Shown here piece after piece: positions 33,909 through 43,577 of a DNA stretch of 64,000 nt. Each line of letters opens with the position of its first letter. Position 1 is the stretch's first letter. The DNA lies in contig CAVSJV010000004.1 in the NCBI GenBank assembly GCA_963728405.1, forward strand, positions 64,001 to 128,000. The letters run 5' to 3'. A program made the position numbers and the translations under genes. The stretch comes from Methanomassiliicoccaceae archaeon. GTDB taxonomy: Archaea; Thermoplasmatota; Thermoplasmata; Methanomassiliicoccales; Methanomassiliicoccaceae. The notes under the pieces are model-generated. The model did not search any database, had not been told where the DNA came from, and saw nothing but the letters and a program-made list of their open reading frames with translations.

Positions 33909-35585
33909 TCATACGATGACCTCCATTCTTTTTGATAGAGCCTGATCGTTGATCTCCGCTTTGAGCTTCGATAGGGTCCCGAATGCATCTTTATCTAGGT
34001 CAATCCTCAGGACCCTCCTCCCCCGATGTCTCAATGCCGCATAGTCTCCGAGAGAGGATGCACGGATCAATTCTCCAAAGGTATAGTCTGTCTCTGGCAC
34101 ATCCAGATCATCACCGATCTCATCGATGATCTGTAGGAACAAACCCGTATTGGGGCCCCCTTTGTGAAGCTGCCCTGTAGAATGTAAGAATCGGGGCCCA
34201 TATCCCAGAGTGGTAGCAACGCCTAGATCGAATAGGATCTTCCGACGTATCTGTTGCAATTCTTTCGAAATGTGGGCATCGGGTTCGAGATAGGCCTGAA
34301 TAGAGACGTAGTCACCCTGCCTGGCCTGAGACGACCATTTTCTCAACCTATCCTGCAATCCATCTGGATCACCAATGGAGATGGTCTCCACATTTTCAAG
34401 GATGGCTTCCTCCGTTCTGCCGGCGGCCATCATCTTTTTGGCCAGGTCCTTTGCCATTTGCACATCGGGTTGATCGAAAGGATTGATTCCAAGCACTGTG
34501 GCCGCCGAGGCCACCGCAATCTCCCAATTAAGAATTTCCCGGCCTAGGCCTATCTTTTCTTTCAACATTATGCGAACGGTAGGATGTCCAGCCTCCTCTA
34601 GCTCCTTCATCCGGTCCTCGATGTTGTCCTCATCCCCCCGCATGGTCAAACCAATGAAAAAACGGTCCGGTGGATAACTTGCAGGATCGAGCATAGGTTC
34701 GTCAATGATGGGCACAATGCCCTTTCCGCCCTTACCGGTGCTCTCCGCGATCAATTGTTCGATCCATGAAGGAAAACTGCGAACCGACGATGAGGCCAGA
34801 AATGTGACCTTGTCCCTTCCAGAAAGAGCTAGCTCACCCAACGCCGATCCCAGAACAAGGCCATCACTGTGCTCGGGCTTGGCTTGGAACGCATCGTTCT
34901 CACGCATGCTGAACGAGTTGTCAAGTAATTTGTGCACATCGATGCCGATCAACGCTGCCGGCACTAATCCAAACGCCGTCAGTGCAGAATATCGGCCACC
35001 CACGTCGGGTGTGGCCTCAAAGACCCGCCGGAAGCCCCTCTCCACTGCCAACTGGGCCAGGGGAGTTCCTGGATCAGTGATGGCGATGAAGTGACGCCCT
35101 CCATCGATTCCAGTAGATCGCATCTCCTTCCAAAAATACCTGAAGAGCGACAAGGTCTCCAAGGTAGTGCCAGACTTGCTTGAAACGATGAAAAGGGTTT
35201 TGCGGGGATCGATACTTTTTCTCACTTCCTTCACGGCAGCAGGATGGGTGCTGTCAAGAACGGTAAGCGCTGGATACCCCTTCGCGTTTCCAAAAGTTTT
35301 CTGGAATATTTCTGGAGCGAGGCTTGAGCCTCCCATTCCCAATAGGACCAGATCGGTCAAGCCTTCCATTCGTATCTCTTGGGCAAAATTGACAAAATCT
35401 TCGAGCTGGGGGGGCATCGATTCCCCAAGGGATAACCAGCCAAGTCGATTTGTTATCTCCGGGACCGGTTCCGGGAACCACAGAGTGGGGTCCCGCCCCC
35501 ATAACCTTTTGGTGAAATCTATCTTACTCCACTGCTCCAGCCGGGCGTCGACTTTGTTTTCATAAGGGCCTAAGTTCAAGAACAT
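33909..35585 (-). CDS. pgi: Glucose-6-phosphate isomerase (type found as the C-terminal domain of bacterial Tal-Pgi fusions)
   Basis: NRLGWL, GMGGSSL, SKSGTTLET, VGGRYS, EQLIAESTGK, NPFDQPDV and GPRFLHSTGQLHKGG motifs. Confidence 0.9.
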   Translation of the reverse strand: MFLNLGPYENKVDARLEQWSKIDFTKRLWGRDPTLWFPEPVPEITNRLGWLSLGESMPPQLEDFVNFAQEIRMEGLTDLVLLGMGGSSLAPEIFQKTFGNAKGYPALTVLDSTHPAAVKEVRKSIDPRKTLFIVSSKSGTTLETLSLFRYFWKEMRSTGIDGGRHFIAITDPGTPLAQLAVERGFRRVFEATPDVGGRYSALTAFGLVPAALIGIDVHKLLDNSFSMRENDAFQAKPEHSDGLVLGSALGELALSGRDKVTFLASSSVRSFPSWIEQLIAESTGKGGKGIVPIIDEPMLDPASYPPDRFFIGLTMRGDEDNIEDRMKELEEAGHPTVRIMLKEKIGLGREILNWEIAVASAATVLGINPFDQPDVQMAKDLAKKMMAAGRTEEAILENVETISIGDPDGLQDRLRKWSSQARQGDYVSIQAYLEPDAHISKELQQIRRKILFDLGVATTLGYGPRFLHSTGQLHKGGPNTGLFLQIIDEIGDDLDVPETDYTFGELIRASSLGDYAALRHRGRRVLRIDLDKDAFGTLSKLKAEINDQALSKRMEVIV

Positions 35586-35900
35586 GATATCCTCCTTTCC
35601 GACAATTTTGTCTCGGCGCTTTTCCTTTAGTGCTAACAGGAGAGTATTGAAATGTTCGGATGACGTCCTGGAACAATCGTCTGCAGGCCTTCCCCACCAC
35701 ATTCGGGCCTCTATTCCGAGAAAGGATGATCACATTGCCTATTCTTTCGTATCATCCATCTGGTCCTCGAACGTAGGACTTACATTCTCGTGCGCCATGA
35801 ACACGTTCATTGTTACCGGGAACCCCTTATCGGCGGTTTCTGACGCTACTGGCCCCCCCATACATCGGGCATCTGGATATCGATTCTTCCCTGCGACCCT
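35586..35900 (-). pseudogene. Decayed 3' remnant of a transaldolase domain upstream of pgi
   Basis: KNRYPD...ETADKGFPVTMNVFMAHENVSPTFEDQMDDTKE and FNTLLLALKEKR resemble the Tal C-terminus (KNPxYxD...DTVNTMPxxTLxAFxDHGxVxxTLE; FxxLLxALxEKR). Confidence 0.6.
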
Positions 35901-35999
35901 CTTCGGCCCTCGAGAATAAACTCGTTTCACTTCCTAGAATCGGAGACCAATCTAGAAATCAGGACTCGACGATACCCGCCCACTACAAGGAGATTATAG

Positions 36000-37337
36000 A
36001 TGGGCGAACTGAAGAGGGAGCTGGGCCTTCTCGGGGCGACGGATATCGGCATCGGAGCTATCATCGGCGCAGGCATCTTTGTTCTGAGCGGCGTGGCGGC
36101 GGGCTTGGCCGGCCCAGGGGTCATAATGGCATTCGTCCTGGCCGGCATCACCGCCCTCCTCACGGCCCTGAGTTCGGCGGAGCTGTCGTCCTTCATCACC
36201 GAGGCCGGAGGCTCCTACATCTATACGACAAAGGCCTTCGGTAACTTCTGGGGCTTCATTGTCGGCTGGACGGCCGTTTTCGACTACATCGTGGGCGCGA
36301 GCGCGGTTAGCATCGGTTTTGCCGCATATCTCCTTTATTTCCTGGGGGTAGGTCTAGACCAGGTCCTGATAATCACCATCGGAGCGATCCTTCCCCTATG
36401 CCTGATGCTAGTCAACCTGAAAGGCATGAAAGAGGCGACCAGGGCCAATAATGTCCTCGTATTCATGAAGGTGGGCGCCCTCCTGATCTTCATTCTGACC
36501 GGGGCCATGTTCATTACCGGCGGTCATGGTCTCTCGAATTACTCCCCTCTTCTTCCGAATGGCGTTTCCGGGCTATTTTCGGCGACGGCGATCATCTTCT
36601 TTGCATTTATTGGGTTCAACACGGTCACCACTATATCGGAAGAGGTCAAGGAACCGGAGCGGACCGTTCCCAAAGCGATCCTCCTCGCCTTCGGGATCAG
36701 CACACTTCTCTACATCGGCGTTTCTGCGGTCGAGGTCGGTCTCGTGAACTGGAAGGTCCTAGGTGAATCCACTGCACCTCTGGAGACGGCCCTTAGGATC
36801 GCCACCGACAACATACTGATACTGAAATATGTGTCGATCTCGGCCTTGTTCGCCACCGCATCGGTAGTAATGTCCTCGATCATGGGCGGTTCTCGCGCTC
36901 TTTTTGCAATGGCAAGAGAGCGGACCATCCCTCACTTTCTTTCAGCGGTCTCCAGACGGGGGATCCCCATTGTGGCGGTCATATTATGCGGTACGGTAAT
37001 CGGAGGTATCGTTATCATCGCTGGAGGTAATCTGGGTTGGCTGGCTTCAGCTTTCAACTTTGGCACGCTGACAACTTTCATGTTCATCAATCTCAGCGTC
37101 ATAAAGCTTAGAGGAACATTGCCGAACCAGAAACGATTGTTCAAGGTACCTTTCTACCCAGTCACACCAGTACTTGCGATCGCATTCTGCGGAGGCCTCA
37201 TATTTTTCCTCAATATCAATGCGATAATCATCGCTGCGATCTGGATCACCTTGGGCATTGGCTTCTATTTGTTGCATCAGAGGAGAACGAAGCTATCGAT
37301 CGGAAACGATGCCATCAGAGTTCCCCCTACGACCTAA
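36000..37337 (+). CDS. APC family amino acid permease
   Basis: GAIIGAGIF, AGGSY, FFAFIGF and EEVKEPERTVP motifs; about 12 TM segments. Confidence 0.92.
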   Translation: MGELKRELGLLGATDIGIGAIIGAGIFVLSGVAAGLAGPGVIMAFVLAGITALLTALSSAELSSFITEAGGSYIYTTKAFGNFWGFIVGWTAVFDYIVGASAVSIGFAAYLLYFLGVGLDQVLIITIGAILPLCLMLVNLKGMKEATRANNVLVFMKVGALLIFILTGAMFITGGHGLSNYSPLLPNGVSGLFSATAIIFFAFIGFNTVTTISEEVKEPERTVPKAILLAFGISTLLYIGVSAVEVGLVNWKVLGESTAPLETALRIATDNILILKYVSISALFATASVVMSSIMGGSRALFAMARERTIPHFLSAVSRRGIPIVAVILCGTVIGGIVIIAGGNLGWLASAFNFGTLTTFMFINLSVIKLRGTLPNQKRLFKVPFYPVTPVLAIAFCGGLIFFLNINAIIIAAIWITLGIGFYLLHQRRTKLSIGNDAIRVPPTT

Positions 37338-37541
37338 TTCTGCTGCTGAACAGTCAACTGAGATGAAATCTATCTTCCTACCGATAGGGTTTGAAGAACG
37401 CCCAGATGCCCCATTCCATCTTTTATCGATTCTGTGGAGAGAGCCATCATGGGATTCTTTTTATCTCAAATTCCCTTAACCGTGGCCGAGGCCTTAAGCA
37501 CGGTCCGCTCTAACTCCCCAAAAGTAAGAAAGAATTTTTAT

Positions 37542-39218
37542 ATGCCACTGTTGCGAAGTATCCGTCGCCCATTCAGTGAGGACCTCGGGACCTATCTAAG
37601 GAAATGGGTACCTATCAGCATCGTTATCGGTATCCTCGCCGGACTTGGGGCCATTATTTTCCAGTTCCTCCTCGATGTGATCTGGAACGCCTCCTACAAC
37701 ACATTCTCGATACCATGGTATATCGTCTTGTTCATCCCGGCCATCGGGGGCCTTTTGGCCGGGATCATCATAATGAGATGGGCCCCCGAGACCGCCGGGT
37801 CCGGTACCGATCACATCATCGATGCAGTGCATCATCATGGTGGAAAGGTCCGGGCGAGGATCGTCCCGATCAAGATCGCCGCGTCGGCATTGACCATCGG
37901 GAGTGGCGGCAGTTCCGGGAACGAAGGTCCGATCTCCCAGATCTCCGGAGGCATCGCCTCGTTCATCGGCACCAAGCTGGGGCTGAGCAGGTCGGAAATG
38001 CGCATACTGGTGATCGCAGGAATGGCGGCGGGGTGGTCGGCCGTGTTCAGAGCGCCACTGGGATCAGCCATCTTTGCTATCGAAGTGCCTTACAAGAACG
38101 ACTTTGAGGGCAATGCGGTCATTCCATCGATCATCTCCAGCGTGACCTCCTATCTCGTCTTCATCCCTTTCGGCGGCGCCGACCCCATATTTTCTTCGAA
38201 CCTACCAAGCGTCAACATCACGGCCCAGCTGCTCACCACCGTTCTGATCCTGGGTGTGATCATAGGTCTTGTAGGGATCCTCTTCGTTCTTCTGATGAGA
38301 AGGATGACAAATGCCTTCCGCCGCTCCTCCCTCCCTCTGCCAGGAGCTACCTTCTTAGGGGGGCTAATGGTGGGGATCATCGGATTGGAATACCCCCAGG
38401 TGCTCGGCCTGGGAGAGGGTGCTATTCAGCTGATCCTTGGTGGCACTCTGATCACCATCGGCCTCCTCGTAGGCCTGCTTCTTGCCAAGATGATCGCCAC
38501 GTCGCTGACGGTTGGATCTGGTGGAAGCGGAGGTATCTTCTTCCCTTCCTTGATGATCGGCGGCGCGGTCGGCGGTATCATGGCAATGGTCCTGAACTTG
38601 CAACCTTACCCGCTCTTTGTATTGGTAGGCATGGGCGCCATGATGGCCGGAGTCTCCAAGACCCCGATCGCCGCCGCTGTGCTAGTCACTGAGATGGTGG
38701 GCGGTTTCGTTGTTCTCATCCCGCTCATGGTAGCATCCACAGTGAGCTATTTGGTATCAGGAAAGTATTCTCTGTTCGAGAGTCAGATCACCAGCGGCAG
38801 GATCGGTGTGGATTTCTCCACACTAGGCGAGGTCAAGGTAAAGGACGTCATGTCCGGAGGCCCCGTCTTCATTGACCTACAATCGTCCTCAGGAGAGGTA
38901 TTGAACCTGATCAAGGAACACCCACATCATCTGTATCCTGTTGTTCAGGACGATCGTGTGGTCGGCATCATAACAAGGGAGTCCGTTCTCCAAAAGAAGG
39001 ACCAGGATTTCACCCCGTCGGATCTGATGAGAATAGATTTTCAGTCCATTTCACAAACCAGTTCGGCCGCCAATGCGTTCGAGATCATGACGTCAAAAAG
39101 AGTGTCCGCGATCGTGGTTGTCCAATCCGACGAGAGCGATGGACTGGCAGGAATGATCACCAGGATCGACGTTTTCAATTCCATGGAGCATATGGACGAG
39201 AGGCACCACGCCTATTGA
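37542..39218 (+). CDS. ClC chloride channel/transporter with C-terminal CBS pair
   Basis: GSGTD, GSGGSSGNEGP, FRAPL and GGSGGIFFP motifs followed by CBS domains. Confidence 0.92.
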   Translation: MPLLRSIRRPFSEDLGTYLRKWVPISIVIGILAGLGAIIFQFLLDVIWNASYNTFSIPWYIVLFIPAIGGLLAGIIIMRWAPETAGSGTDHIIDAVHHHGGKVRARIVPIKIAASALTIGSGGSSGNEGPISQISGGIASFIGTKLGLSRSEMRILVIAGMAAGWSAVFRAPLGSAIFAIEVPYKNDFEGNAVIPSIISSVTSYLVFIPFGGADPIFSSNLPSVNITAQLLTTVLILGVIIGLVGILFVLLMRRMTNAFRRSSLPLPGATFLGGLMVGIIGLEYPQVLGLGEGAIQLILGGTLITIGLLVGLLLAKMIATSLTVGSGGSGGIFFPSLMIGGAVGGIMAMVLNLQPYPLFVLVGMGAMMAGVSKTPIAAAVLVTEMVGGFVVLIPLMVASTVSYLVSGKYSLFESQITSGRIGVDFSTLGEVKVKDVMSGGPVFIDLQSSSGEVLNLIKEHPHHLYPVVQDDRVVGIITRESVLQKKDQDFTPSDLMRIDFQSISQTSSAANAFEIMTSKRVSAIVVVQSDESDGLAGMITRIDVFNSMEHMDERHHAY

Positions 39219-39264
39219 TCGGGCGACCGATTTTCAGTCGTAGCATTCATTATTGAGTCTCGGC

Positions 39265-40129
39265 CTAGGGTTTGATGCCCATGCCCTTAAGCCCATGAAG
39301 GATCTCTTCCATCACCTCAGAAACGATCAGGTCCTTCTTTTCAAATTCCCGTATCCAGATGTGCACATCCAAGGCTATTGAGGAAGCGTTGATGCTAGTG
39401 ATGAGCACCTGGGGCTGAAACCGAGCCGTATCTCCACTATAGTCAAGAAGTCTTCGAACTCGGGGCAGTTGTATGATCCTTCGAATAATGGACTCTTCCT
39501 CATTTGGAACTATGGGCAGGATGCGCCTGTTGGCTTCTATGATCTTGAGAATCAGACCCTTCACTGCGTCGTAGTTGGCTTGGAAGGGGACCTCAAGCTT
39601 CAGCGTGACCTCGACCAAGGCCGAGCGAGTGTAGTTGGTGACCTTTGAGCTAAGTATGTTGGAATTAGGTATTACGAACAATCTTCCATCGGAACTGCGC
39701 AGGACCGTGTTGGTGAGGTTAATGTCCTTGACCTGAGTCAGGCCAGTGTCACCGATTTCTATCCAATCTTCCAGTTGTATCGGCCGCTCTAGGAGAATAA
39801 GGAAACCGGCGATGACGTTCTGGACAACCTGCTGTGAGGCGAAGGCCACTGCCACACCAATTATACCTAGGGAGGCAGCAAGCTCACTGAAACTTAGGCC
39901 CAGTGGACCAAGCACGAGGACCAGTCCGACGAACAGACCAACTAGAAGAATGGTATACTCGACCGTCCGGGATATCATCTTAGAATATCGCAGGCTTTCC
40001 AACCTTTCGTCAAGCCAACAGTCGAAAAAGTGCGTAAAGTATTCGAGAGGTGAGAACGGAGAAGAATATCACTGCTACAGCAAGAATGACCAAGCCGACA
40101 TCTACACCAAATATCACCACCGCGGCCAT
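39265..40129 (-). CDS. Small-conductance mechanosensitive channel (MscS family); apparent frameshift at 40018-40022
   Basis: GIIGVAVAFASQ..NVIAG...ERPIQLEDWI...IPNS...VTNYT. The hydrophobic N-terminus MAAVVIFGVDV joins after restoring CGACGT. Confidence 0.88.
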
Positions 40130-40362
40130 AGCAACCGCAGCTCGGTGCAAGGTAAAAAGGATTTGCTGGCCCCATACTTGTCCATGAATTAATAAAATTC
40201 GTCGCCGGTGGCAACTCCGCTCTTTGGTTTGTGTTCCTAGATACTATCTCACTTCTGAGGAATCGTCCTTATCGTCATCTATGTCCGCTAAAGGCAATAG
40301 CCCATGGACCAGACGTCAATGCTAAGTGATATGCTAAATACGACGGGCTTAATATATTCACC

Positions 40363-40518
40363 ATGGGGCAGAAGGCAATCAGGAAGATCGCCAATGTCCG
40401 AGCTAAGGAAATGGAAAAGATTGCCAAGGTGGAAGATAAAGAAAAGAAAGTGATCGCCAAGGATGAGGCAAAGAAGGTCAAGATGAGAAAAGGGGCAATG
40501 AGACGCTCTCCCGGTTGA
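40363..40518 (+). CDS. Small Lys-rich hypothetical protein (51 aa)
   Basis: MGQKAIRKIANVRAKEMEKIAKVEDKEKKVIAKDEAKKVKMRKGAMRRSPG*, with an AT-rich TTAATATATT upstream. Too short to appear in the ORF track. Confidence 0.4.
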   Translation: MGQKAIRKIANVRAKEMEKIAKVEDKEKKVIAKDEAKKVKMRKGAMRRSPG

Positions 40519-40817
40519 GATCAAAGAGATAGGTTGCTGGTATGCAGCGCAATTGGGGGACCAAACCGCCTTCTGGACCATGGGGCAGAAGCCGTCACGC
40601 TTGATCCCCAAGCCGAGCCTCTTGACCATATGGGTCCCATGGATGGTGTTGTCCTCCAACCGATTAGGTAGTCTTCTGCTTTGTATTGCGCCATTAGGAT
40701 GATATGTCCCGAAGTTGAGCCCGACCAGCTCGAATGACATAAGGTTCAGATGCATCCACCATGCCCCTGTACCGATTATGTCAGGCATGAACGTGGAAGC
40801 CGGAGATCGGTGAATCG

Positions 40818-43314
40818 ATGCCCATTAATGAATCTGATACGGCGAAGCAGGTCCAGGCGGACATCGCGGCCACGAGCACGGCCACACTGTATGAACGGCT
40901 GTCTAGCAGCGAGGGGGGGCTCAGCTCCGATGAGGCTAGGGTGCGCCAGCGGAAGTATGGCTTGAACGCCATCAGTGAGAAGAAGGTAAGCCCCCTCATC
41001 AAATTCCTCCAATACTTCTACGGCCCCATCCCGTTCATGATCATGATCGCGGTAGTACTGTCCGCGATCATCGGCCACTGGGAGGATTTCTTCATCATCC
41101 TGGCGCTGCTGTTCTCGAACGCCATCGTCGGTTTTTATCAGGAGAGGAAAGCGGATAACGCCATCGAGCTGCTGAAGCAGAGGCTCGCCTTGACCGCGAA
41201 GGTGCTTCGGGACGGGAAGTGGGGGATGATCCCCGCACTCGAGCTGGTTCCCGGTGACGTGGTGCGGGTCCGGCTTGGAGACATCGTTCCTGCGGATGTG
41301 AAGCTGATCGAGGGGCAATTTCTCGAGGTCGATCAATCTGCGCTCACCGGCGAGTCGTTGCCGGTTGAGAAGACGTTGAACGATGTGGCCTACTCCGGTT
41401 CCATCGTTCGCAGGGGAGAGATGAACGCCCTGGTGGTGAACACCGGTATCCACACCTATTTCGGCAGGACGACCAAACTGGTGGAGGAGGCCATCAACGT
41501 AAGCCACTTTCAGAGGAACGTGGCGAAGATAGGCAACTACCTGATCCTCATCGTCGCCATCCTGGTGCTGATCGTGTTCGTCGTTGCCCTTCTGCGCCAC
41601 CAAAGCCTCTTAGACACTTTACAGTTCGCGCTGGTGCTCACCATCGCCGGCATCCCAGTGGCGCTGCCCGCGGTCCTATCTGTAACTTTGGCCGTAGGGG
41701 CCGTCATCTTGGCGAAAAAAGAGGCCCTGGTCAGCAAGCTCACCTCCATCGAGGAGCTGGCCGGGATGGACATCCTGTGCAGCGACAAGACCGGGACCAT
41801 CACCAAGAATCAACTATCCGTGGCCCAGATCGTAACCTACGACGTCTCCCAAGCGGACATGCTGCTGGCGGCCGCCCTCGCTTCCCGAGCCGAGGACAAG
41901 GACCCCATCGATAACGCCGTCCTAGAGAAGGCCACAGCCACCTCAGGCGCGGGGGAAAGAACAGTCGATTTTAAGGTTAAGCGTTTCACCCCCTTCGATC
42001 CGGTCATCAAGCGCACCGAAGCTGTTGTGGAGGGCGATGAAGGCGACTTCCAAGTGGCCAAAGGGGCCCCCCAGGTAGCGTTGCAGATGGCAAGGAACAA
42101 GGAGGCGATCCAGGCTCAGGTCAACAAGGGCGTGGAGGAGATGGCCAGATTGGGTTATCGCGCGCTAGGAGTGGTTCGCAACGATGGCGCTGGCTGGAAA
42201 TTTCTAGGGGTCCTGGGGCTCCAGGACCCACCACGGGATGATTCCTCCGAGACAGTCGCGCAGGCGAAACGGATGGGGGTCGATGTCAAGATGGTGACCG
42301 GAGATCATACTGCCATCGCCAAGGAGGTCTCCCGGCAGGTCGGACTGGGAACCAATATCGTGTCCGCAAAGGCACTTCTCGATACGCTGGATCAGCAAGC
42401 GGAGGAAATGATCGAGAACGCGGACGGAATTGCCGAGGTGTTCCCGGAGGCCAAGTTCCGCATCGTGGACCTGCTGCAGAAGAAGGGGCACATAGTCGGC
42501 ATGACCGGAGATGGGGTGAACGATGCGCCCGCCCTTAAGAAGGCCGACGCCGGCATCGCGGTGGAAGGTGCTACCGACGCGGCCAAGTCAGCGGCGGACA
42601 TCGTGCTCACGAGACCGGGTCTGTCGGTCATCATAGACGCCATCATAGAAAGCCGCAAGATCTTCCAGCGCATGATCAACTACTCGATCTACCGCATCTG
42701 CGAGACCATCCGCTTGCTGTTCTTCGTGACCTTGTCCATCATCGTGTTTCAATTCTACCCCATCACCGCGCTGATGATCGTGCTCCTGGCACTGCTCAAC
42801 GACCTGCCGATCCTGACGATCGCATATGACAAACGTGCTCTATTCAGCCAAGCCAGAAAGATGGAATCTCCGGACCGTGCTCATCGTCGCCACGTTCCTG
42901 GGAATGATCGGCGTGGTGGTGTCGTTCTTTACCCTTTACTTGGGCTTGGAGATCTTCAAGCTGGACCAAACATCGATCCAATCGTTCGTCTATCTGAAGC
43001 TATCAGTGGGCGGACACCTGGTCGTTCTGGTCGCCCGCACCAAAGGGCCATTCTGGTCAGTGAAGCCCGCCCGAAGGCTGCTTCTGGCCATCGTTTTAAC
43101 CCAGGCAGTGGCGACCGCCTTAGTACTGTTCGGGATCTTGTTGCCCCAGCTAGCCCTGGCCTACGTGGTGTTCATCTGGGTGGAGATGTTGATCGTGTTC
43201 GTCATCACCGATTTCCTGAAGGTGAGGCTCTATAATTACCTGATCAGAAAGGGGGAAGTGGCCATGGGCATCTCATCCCAGACCGAACTTCCAGGAAGGC
43301 TCAGCAGCAATTAG
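40818..43314 (+). CDS. Plasma-membrane H+-transporting P-type ATPase (P3A), copy 2; apparent +1 frameshift at 42831
   Basis: Same motifs as copy 1. Removing one A from AAACGT restores IAYDNVLYSAKPERW, collinear with copy 1. Confidence 0.93.
41035..41188 (+). repeat. 154-bp exact direct repeat, copy B (in H+-ATPase 2)
   Basis: Identical by eye to 18910-19063. Confidence 0.9.
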
Positions 43315-43577
43315 GTGCTTTTCATCATTCGAGTCCCTCGGTCGGAAGGGATACAACGATTAGATGAACGGCACGAGGTAGGTGGTGAAAGAGGAGATCG
43401 TGCTGGCCCTCCTGGATCGCTTCGACATGACCATCACTTGAGAGCATGGTCAGAAAAACGAGATCAGATGGTGTGAACGGTGCCTCATGGCCCATCTCCC
43501 CGTATCAACGTTTGACAAGTCACTATCTCGTATTGATATATTTTTATTTAATAAACTAATTAGCCCTAGGATTCGGG

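Noticed and set aside
37340-37541. Fluoride riboswitch or fluoride-specific ClC
   Set aside because: No crcB-type consensus is visible upstream, and the ClC lacks the GNNLI/GREGT signature of fluoride exporters.
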